64,000 nt of DNA from positions 110,695 to 174,694 of IMG/VR virus record IMGVR_UViG_3300017917_003388. One strand, 5' to 3'. Positions 57,478 to 64,000 of this stretch are shown one piece after another. This DNA is from a virus. The translations under genes were made by a program, and so were the position numbers. Under the pieces are notes generated by a model. It saw only the letters and a list, made by a program, of their open reading frames with translations. It was not told the origin of the DNA and ran no database searches. Position 1 is the stretch's first letter. Every line of letters begins with the position of its first letter.

Positions 57478-58164
57478 TTAATTTTCTTGAACAGTATTAA
57501 TAACAGTAACACGATCAATAATAAACTTAGCACCTTCATTCCAAGTTAAATTAGGTGATGTAATTGATACAAATCCATCATATGTTCGTAAAATAATGTG
57601 ATTTTGGTATGACGAATTTTCTTCAATAATCTTACCATATTCCCCAACTCCTAAATCAGTAGAATAGATAACCTCTTTACTTATTTTCTTCATTAATAAT
57701 TCATTAATAAATTCCTTTTGATTATATCTAGATGCAGCTGGTTTTAATTCATTTTCAATAAAATCAATTTCAACATATATTTCATCACTAAAAATAAATA
57801 ACTTGGAATATTTGTCTACTAATTTTTCTCTCCATTCTGAACATGCTAGTTTATATCCTTTAATAAATTCTTGTTTATTTATTTTAATATGTGTTTTATC
57901 AAAACCACTTATTTTCATAAATGTTTGAAAATCAATACTTGTAAAATCAGAAAATTCTGAAGAATTTAAAGTAGTATCTAAATTATTAGAATAATAATTT
58001 GAACCATCAGGATGATATGAAACCAAAGTGTGTCCTACTTCCATGCAATTAGGATCTTTATATGCAGTAGAATGTTTTAATCTCCATTCATTTAAATATG
58101 GATAATTTTCTTCTGTAACTTCAATACACCATTTTGTTGGTAAAGCTTTTGCATTCATAACCAT
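57478..58164 (-). CDS. Member of modular paralog family
   Basis: LPTKWCIEVTEENYPYLNEWRL; LACSEW. Confidence 0.6.
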   Translation of the reverse strand: MVMNAKALPTKWCIEVTEENYPYLNEWRLKHSTAYKDPNCMEVGHTLVSYHPDGSNYYSNNLDTTLNSSEFSDFTSIDFQTFMKISGFDKTHIKINKQEFIKGYKLACSEWREKLVDKYSKLFIFSDEIYVEIDFIENELKPAASRYNQKEFINELLMKKISKEVIYSTDLGVGEYGKIIEENSSYQNHIILRTYDGFVSITSPNLTWNEGAKFIIDRVTVINTVQEN

Positions 58165-58212
58165 TTGTTTTTTTAAAAAAATTAAATTGAAAAAATTATT
58201 GTTTTGAAAAAT

Positions 58213-58428
58213 TTATGAAATGACAACAACACATTTTGTATCATCATCTTCATCTTCAGATATTTTATCCATTGAATGATATGAGCTATATTCTACATAT
58301 GCTGTATCAACATCTGTAATATCTGAAGCTACATTTGTTTTCCAATAATCTCCATAATTATATGAAAATTTTACTTCCATATCTGGGTCAAAATCTGATA
58401 AAAGTTGTTGTAATTCTAATACTTTCAT
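58213..58428 (-). CDS. Small acidic phage protein
   Basis: MKV.EL..LL..FDPD.EV..SYNYGDYW. Confidence 0.6.
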   Translation of the reverse strand: MKVLELQQLLSDFDPDMEVKFSYNYGDYWKTNVASDITDVDTAYVEYSSYHSMDKISEDEDDDTKCVVVIS

Positions 58429-58462
58429 GTAATTGTGATTTTAAGTTTTGTTTTAAGTTTTA

Positions 58463-58580
58463 TAGTCAGGACAGGATTCGAACCTGTACATGGGCAGGCA
58501 GTTTCTCCTACAAGGATTTGGGCTTATACCTTAGCCCTCATTTACATCCACCACTGCGTTACCAATTTCGCCACCTGACT
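58463..58580 (-). ncRNA. tRNA-like RNA with anticodon arm replaced by a structured insert
   Basis: AGTCAGG/CCTGACT-A acceptor, D and T arms intact, ~67-nt middle. Confidence 0.75.
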
Positions 58581-58586
58581 ATAAAT

Positions 58587-58746
58587 AAACACTCTACAGT
58601 TGTTGTAATTACTCAATAAGAATCGTTACACAAATCACTATCTTATTCCGCCATACAGAGTTTTATCTTTGTGTAGTTTACTTCTGCTGATTAATATCCA
58701 CCAACCTCATTACAACAACTTACCATTTAAGGTATGTAGAGTGTTT
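58587..58746 (-). ncRNA. Candidate 160-nt structured RNA
   Basis: 12-bp and 11-bp perfect nested stems plus internal hairpins; strand inferred from context. Confidence 0.6.
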
Positions 58747-58752
58747 AATGTT

Positions 58753-59415
58753 TTAATGATATTTAGTAATTATTCTTTCAGAATTAAATTCCCAATAAGA
58801 TTTTTCATCATCTTGGATATAATTAACATAAACAGCGATCTTTAAATCTCTAATAATTTCACGAATGGCTTTTACTTTATCTTCATCAGAAAACTTATCA
58901 ATGTAAGCTTTAAACAATTCAGGATTAAATTCTTTGAATTGTTTTTGATTTATAGGATGATTTTTAGAATCAGCACCATAAGTAGAATTTTCGACAATTT
59001 GCTTAGCTATATTGAATTGTTTTTGATTTGGTTTATCATCAAAGGATGTATTGTTAAATATAGCATCTTTTAATTGATTTTCTTTTCTCCAAATCTCTTC
59101 AATTTCTCTACCTGTTAAAGAAGTATAATGTCTAGGAACACTAACATATTTTCTTATTAAACTGTCTAATATATAATGTGTATCATCTAATTCACAAGAT
59201 AAACATAATTGTTTCCACCATTCAAGTGCTAATTCACGAGTTGATTTTAAAGGAATCCAACTATGACCACAAGATGAACATTTAATACAATCAAGTAGTT
59301 TGGTTTCAAATTCTTTAGACAAATCAGTTGTTTGGACATTATGAAAATTCATATATCCTTTTGATGGTTTTCCTTCACCACCACATTTACGACATTGGTT
59401 TCTTTCGTTTTCCAT
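58753..59415 (-). CDS. Hypothetical with zinc ribbon
   Basis: CRKC...CSSCGHSW; LTGREIEEIW. Confidence 0.55.
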   Translation of the reverse strand: MENERNQCRKCGGEGKPSKGYMNFHNVQTTDLSKEFETKLLDCIKCSSCGHSWIPLKSTRELALEWWKQLCLSCELDDTHYILDSLIRKYVSVPRHYTSLTGREIEEIWRKENQLKDAIFNNTSFDDKPNQKQFNIAKQIVENSTYGADSKNHPINQKQFKEFNPELFKAYIDKFSDEDKVKAIREIIRDLKIAVYVNYIQDDEKSYWEFNSERIITKYH

Positions 59416-59419
59416 TGTT

Positions 59420-60311
59420 TTTGTTGTTTGTTAATATTTTCCTACCTCCATAGTAGGCTCGCACAATGTTGTTATTAAGCAGCTTATATTTAATGTGGAG
59501 AGCTTAACCACGGCAATCTTAATTAACAACTACTACAACAATATTACTATTGCTGAGGCATAAATGTTGACCTAAGAATTTTGTCCTCGGTTCTTTTCAG
59601 AATCGTTAGGTACGTTTACTTTTACCATTTATGCTGCCACTACTGTACTGTTACATACAGCCACCATTACGTGTGTCATTGTTACTTAGGTTATATACAG
59701 AAGCTTTGGGTTAAACACGCTCCAATATTACATGGAAGACCCCTTAGAATGCTTGTATTTTCACAATGACTTTATATCTTCTACCAAGACAATTCTACTT
59801 AACTGACAATATTAGTATTGGTATAGAATATTATCTAATGTTTTGTAAGCTACAATTCAAAGGTTGTTTAAACAACTACTCCGAGAAGATATGAGCTTCT
59901 TAATGTAGATTTATTACTTTATAACAGACTTACAAAACAATTAGATTGAGAATAATATTTGTGTTGTGAAGCTACTATTGTTATCTTCCTCTCAACATTT
60001 CCAATTTAACTTTCTCAAGGTTAAATCAACACAATTTGTAGTAATGTTGACGCTAATTAAAAAACAAAGATTACAATTACTCATTGTTAGTGGGACTGAC
60101 ACCACACTGTACTCACAACATATAACAATGTTAAAGCTTATCCTCTTTGTTTCTATTTTATTACTACAACTTTTTATGTGAATTATACTACCTTCAAGTC
60201 CAAAGCCTTCTTCATCCCTATACTAAAGTATAGTTCAATTCTTCTTTTTTCCAACAGGGCTAGTTTTATTAATTCACAAAGGTAAATATCAAACCTAATT
60301 GGTGTTTAATA
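59420..60311 (-). ncRNA. Candidate ~890-nt large structured ncRNA (or RNA cluster)
   Basis: No minus-strand ORF in the track; promoter+boxA cassette upstream; multiple long-range stems. Confidence 0.5.
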
Positions 60312-60315
60312 TTTC

Positions 60316-60380
60316 AAAGAACGTTTTTTTCTTAATTTCTTGATATTGTAAATATAAGATTAAAGATTTTGAAATCCTAA
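60316..60380 (-). promoter_or_regulatory. Promoter + boxA-like cassette (copy of 46036..46100)
   Basis: Exact 65-bp repeat; CGTTCTTTGAAA. Confidence 0.75.
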
Positions 60381-60580
60381 TCTTTAAATTTATTGTAATA
60401 TCTTAAATTAAATGGTATATCTAATTCATTTTCAAGTTCAAATAATTCTTTTTTTAAATCTTGTTTTTTCCATTCAAACCATCTTTTGTGTATAAAATAC
60501 ACAATATTTGGTGAAAATAAACAGAATAATAAAACACAATTTATGATTAAAGAATATAACAAATATATATAATAATCCAT
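60377..60580 (-). CDS. Small membrane protein
   Basis: N-terminal TM. Confidence 0.45.
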   Translation of the reverse strand: MDYYIYLLYSLIINCVLLFCLFSPNIVYFIHKRWFEWKKQDLKKELFELENELDIPFNLRYYNKFKD

Positions 60581-60609
60581 ATAAATTTCATATTTTTAAA
60601 TTATAATAT

Positions 60610-60697
60610 TGGTGGGGAAGGTAGGATTCGAACCTACAAAACCATTTTTAAAGAATCAAGTCATTAAGGTAGGCACCACCATTTCTTTAACTTCCCC
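60610..60697 (-). ncRNA. tRNA top-half mimic with encoded CCA
   Basis: GGGGAAG/CTTCCCC-ACCA and GTAGG-TTCGAAT-CCTAC; no D or anticodon arm. Confidence 0.7.
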
Positions 60698-60705
60698 CAA
60701 TCAAA

Positions 60706-60860
60706 AATCTACTACATTTGTTATAACAGAGGCTTTGAGTGGTTCACCTGTATAGCCAGAACTCAACTAACTATCCTCGAATATATTTCTATATTATACT
60801 GTTTTGACAGGGCAGCATTACCTGAACCTTTTACGCTTGTATAACAATATGTAGTAGATT
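60706..60860 (-). ncRNA. Candidate 155-nt structured RNA
   Basis: 12-bp + 8-bp nested terminal stems; strand inferred from context. Confidence 0.55.
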
Positions 60861-60865
60861 ATTTT

Positions 60866-61318
60866 TTATTTAGTTTTATCAATCACAACATAGATTGTAT
60901 CTCTAGTTCCCCCTACAGCTTTAGGTTGTTGATTTCCATTAAAAATATCCCCAAAATTCCTCTCCAATACTTCCACTTTATTAATAAAATGGTTTGTTTC
61001 ACCCCTATTTTTAAACCAATTCCATCCTGCAACTTGATGGTAAATTAATTTAACTTTCCAACCATATTGTGCTGCTGAATCTAGTGTTTTAATAACACTC
61101 TCATCAGGAGCATCATTATCAATACTAAAATCAAAAGGAACACTACTATTCATACCAGTTTGTGTAACATTAAGGTGTCCTTCCCATGATTTCCAAATTA
61201 ATCCTGTTTCAGAAAATTGTGTTATAACACCAATTCGTTCACCGTTTGAATAATTTTCAGAACAGCTTGTTAATACAATAGAAATAAACGCAGTTGTTAT
61301 TAAAAATAGTTTTTTCAT
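60866..61318 (-). CDS. Conserved phage lipoprotein
   Basis: LTSC lipobox; YSNGERIG.I..FS..G.IWKSWEG.L. Confidence 0.7.
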   Translation of the reverse strand: MKKLFLITTAFISIVLTSCSENYSNGERIGVITQFSETGLIWKSWEGHLNVTQTGMNSSVPFDFSIDNDAPDESVIKTLDSAAQYGWKVKLIYHQVAGWNWFKNRGETNHFINKVEVLERNFGDIFNGNQQPKAVGGTRDTIYVVIDKTK

Positions 61319-61339
61319 GTTTGTTTTGTTTTTAATTTA

Positions 61340-61828
61340 TTATTTAGTTTTCCAGGTTATTTGAGGACAATATTTATTATATTTGGCTTTTACAAATTCA
61401 ATGATAATATTTGATTGTTTTCTTTCAGATTTATTTGTTCTTTTATTTAAATATCTTATTAGTTCTATAATACCCAAAATTGATAATAATATTATCGCAA
61501 AAAATCCACCAACTGCACAACTTCCTAAATATGAATCCTTTTCATATTCAAAAAATAAATAACCAAAAGCAATAAATATACATTGTAGTATAAATAAAAA
61601 TAACCATATTATTAATCCCACTGCTGGATTATGTTCGGTTTTTTCATCTTTATCTATTGTTGTAAATACAGTATATGGTAAAGATAATAATATACTGGGT
61701 ATGAAAGTAATCCACATTAATACCAATTTCCAAAAATAAGGACATAAATTTGTAGGCATTTCATGTAATTTTTTATTATAAAACCACCTGTAAGTTTTAG
61801 CTGTTAATGAATTTTTATTTAATTCCAT
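61340..61828 (-). CDS. Multi-TM membrane protein
   Basis: NLCPYFWK; KA.Y.KYCP.I.W. Confidence 0.6.
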   Translation of the reverse strand: MELNKNSLTAKTYRWFYNKKLHEMPTNLCPYFWKLVLMWITFIPSILLSLPYTVFTTIDKDEKTEHNPAVGLIIWLFLFILQCIFIAFGYLFFEYEKDSYLGSCAVGGFFAIILLSILGIIELIRYLNKRTNKSERKQSNIIIEFVKAKYNKYCPQITWKTK

Positions 61829-61859
61829 TTTATTTGTTTTTATTGTTTATTATTTAGAA

Positions 61860-62138
61860 AAAACAATCATCTGTCTAGTTCCAATGCCTAGAATATTAAT
61901 ATGGAATATATCGTAAGCAATTTAGCCTACCAATAGATATTACTATCTACCTACAACTCTTACCTAAGTTTGAGTTCACGTTATCCATCATACTTACTTA
62001 CCTTCAGTATGGTTCGTTAAATACATTTACATTAAACTAAACACTTTGGATTGTGTTGATAACATTTTACTTTCAAGTTGTTTTCAACTATATATTCTAT
62101 TTTTGTTATTGTTTAATTGTAAATCAGATGATTGTTTT
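61860..62138 (-). ncRNA. Candidate 279-nt structured RNA
   Basis: 14-bp perfect terminal inverted repeat AAAACAATCATCTG/CAGATGATTGTTTT filling an intergenic gap. Confidence 0.5.
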
Positions 62139-62139
62139 A

Positions 62140-62355
62140 TTATTGTTTTAAATTATAATTAAAACCATCAAACGTAAATCTATTGTTGTTATCAATAGCT
62201 TCATTAAGTTCTTTTTTGGTTCTTATTTTTTGATACTCTCCTGAATCATTTAGAAAATATTCATCATGAGTATCATCTAACCATTTTCTACCAAACATTG
62301 GTCTGTCATCATCTACTGGTTCATCTTCTAACCAATTACTTCCAAATAATGCCAT
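62140..62355 (-). CDS. Small acidic hypothetical
   Basis: FG..WL.D repeated twice. Confidence 0.5.
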   Translation of the reverse strand: MALFGSNWLEDEPVDDDRPMFGRKWLDDTHDEYFLNDSGEYQKIRTKKELNEAIDNNNRFTFDGFNYNLKQ

Positions 62356-62361
62356 TTTTTA

Positions 62362-63138
62362 TTATTTTAAGTTTTGTTGAATCCAATCTTCTTCAGTTTC
62401 AAATAAGTGAATTGTTTTTTCTCTTAGTTTGAATAATTCAACAACTTCTTCTCTACTGTACATTTGTTGAGCTTGCCATTTAGCACCTTCCATAAAATCA
62501 AACCATGGGTCTGGTTCTTCTTCCCATTTGTAACTTTCTACATATCTTTCAGCAGCTTCTTCAAGTGTTTCTTGTTTGTTAGTTAAAATAGAGATTTCAT
62601 TGTTTTGATTGAGTTTAATTTCGTGTTTAAATGGAACTGTGTATGAAATACTATAATCAAATTTTTTTTCGACTTCAACCAACACTTTACTAATCAAATT
62701 ACCTTTATTAAACTCACTTATAAAGTATTCAATGAATGATTTAGGTATTTGTGGTAAACAAGGCATGTTTTCAGATATTTGCTCTAAAGTAAAATCAGAA
62801 CTTACAGGAATTTTTACTGAATTTAACTTCAAAGAACTATCAGTAGTAGCACATACTTTCTTGTATTTATATACTTTATGGTCTGAGTTACTACTTGATT
62901 TAAGTATTAAATTATTATGTGAATCATAATAATAATCAACACCTTCTTTTATTTCATCATTTGATAGAATGTAAAGATGTTGAGTTTCATCAAATCTTGC
63001 ACCTTGTTCAAAGAAATATAAATGCTTACCAGTAACAGCATTTAGATTTAATCCTATTTTACTATTGTTTTTACCTGACTTTAACATAACAACATCACAC
63101 TCTTGGTAATGTTTGTTATTTATTTGAAGTGTTTTCAT
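62362..63138 (-). CDS. Hypothetical phage protein
   Basis: QHLYILS.DEIKEG, ATTD.SL, ETLEEAAE...F.EGAKWQ..QMYS.EEV. Confidence 0.6.
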   Translation of the reverse strand: MKTLQINNKHYQECDVVMLKSGKNNSKIGLNLNAVTGKHLYFFEQGARFDETQHLYILSNDEIKEGVDYYYDSHNNLILKSSSNSDHKVYKYKKVCATTDSSLKLNSVKIPVSSDFTLEQISENMPCLPQIPKSFIEYFISEFNKGNLISKVLVEVEKKFDYSISYTVPFKHEIKLNQNNEISILTNKQETLEEAAERYVESYKWEEEPDPWFDFMEGAKWQAQQMYSREEVVELFKLREKTIHLFETEEDWIQQNLK

Positions 63139-63409
63139 CTCTTTGAAGTTTTTCATTAATAGCATCAGCAATGAATTTACCTAATTCATCTTGAAATTGT
63201 TCAGCATCAGTTATATTTGGAAAGATATTTTGAATAGCTCCCCAACCTCTGATTGATAATACCTCATTAACTTCAGTTTTAGTAGGAATATTAACTTGAC
63301 CAATTATTTGTGCAGACATATCATCATCAAATCCCCAAATATAACCACCACCCCATTCATCATACTTAGCATGACCAATGAATTTTTTTATTTCATTTAA
63401 GTATTTCAT
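63116..63409 (-). CDS. Hypothetical phage protein
   Basis: IRGWG.IQ...AE..QD..G..IA.AINEK. Confidence 0.55.
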   Translation of the reverse strand: MKYLNEIKKFIGHAKYDEWGGGYIWGFDDDMSAQIIGQVNIPTKTEVNEVLSIRGWGAIQNIFPNITDAEQFQDELGKFIADAINEKLQRDENTSNK

Positions 63410-63666
63410 TTCTTAATATTAAAGAATTTAGAGTAATCTTTTGGAGTAGTTGGTTTTTTCTTAAAACCTGTAACACTAATAAGAGTTACTACAAAACTAG
63501 CTAATGTATTTATAAAAGGAATTATAGTAAGATATAGATCAGTTTTAATTGGTTTTCCTCCTTCTTCATAAATTCCACCTTTACTAAATGCATTTTTAAC
63601 CCAAAAATACATTCTGAAAAAGGATAGAATATAAATAACATAAGCAATTACTAAGATTGTTTTCAT
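63406..63666 (-). CDS. Small membrane protein
   Basis: Two hydrophobic segments, P.INT. Confidence 0.5.
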   Translation of the reverse strand: MKTILVIAYVIYILSFFRMYFWVKNAFSKGGIYEEGGKPIKTDLYLTIIPFINTLASFVVTLISVTGFKKKPTTPKDYSKFFNIKK

Positions 63667-63786
63667 GTTTTCAAAGTTTAAAATAAAGGCTTTGCACCTT
63701 ATTGTGGGTCATTTACTACAAATTAGCCTATTTACCTTGTAGAAATAAATAGATTTTGTTATCAGCCTTCACCCATAGCTAAACAG

Positions 63787-63900
63787 TAGTCAGGACAGGA
63801 TTCGAACCTATACAGTCTCAAGAGTTGACATTGCTTGGTGCACCAAGGAGACCTCCGGCATTTTACTCTAGTAGCGTCTTACCAATTCCGCCACCTGACT
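63787..63900 (-). ncRNA. Second tRNA-like RNA with expanded middle (paralog of 58463..58580)
   Basis: Same AGTCAGG/CCTGACT-A acceptor, D and T arms, different ~62-nt insert. Confidence 0.75.
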
Positions 63901-64000
63901 GTTTTATTTAAAAAGAACACAAATTATGAAGTTCACTTGAATATCTACCCCAGCCTTTTCCTTTTTTAGGTAATTTTCTTTTATCAACTTTACTACCATC

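Noticed and set aside
58463-58580. Intron-containing tRNA
   Set aside because: Insert too short for group I/II introns; no convincing bulge-helix-bulge or reconstitutable anticodon loop found by eye.
60610-60697. tmRNA
   Set aside because: Only 88 nt, no G3.U70 pair and no tag ORF or pseudoknots between the ends.
2232-62929. Plus-strand ORFs antisense to minus-strand genes (e.g. 2692, 18153, 32019, 44417, 47975)
   Set aside because: Shadow frames of real genes with no recognisable motifs.

Overview
A 64-kb, very AT-rich segment of a large T4-like (myovirus) phage genome with almost all genes on the minus strand. Bacteroidetes-type promoters and an Hc1-like histone gene point to a Bacteroidota/Flavobacteria host (inference). 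Positions 1-41 kb carry portal, large terminase, putative internal head proteins, homing endonucleases, primase, exonuclease, baseplate/tail genes and a phage sigma factor. Positions 41.4-46.5 kb are a tRNA/RNA-handling island: a 19-tRNA array, a Ro60/TROVE gene and four scaffolded tRNA-mimic (Y-like) RNAs. Positions 46.9-64 kb hold small early genes behind a repeated promoter, more tRNAs, three aberrant tRNA-like genes and several large structured non-coding segments. The most notable candidates are: (i) Ro60 plus four RNAs that share one scaffold but carry differently permuted tRNA cargoes, the last of which can switch a terminator in front of ro60; (ii) an unannotated 37-aa leader ORF with terminator/antiterminator geometry that could switch the tRNA array on when translation stalls; and (iii) anticodon-less tRNA mimics and boxA-marked large ncRNAs. 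All RNA structures were read by eye and need computational and experimental confirmation.
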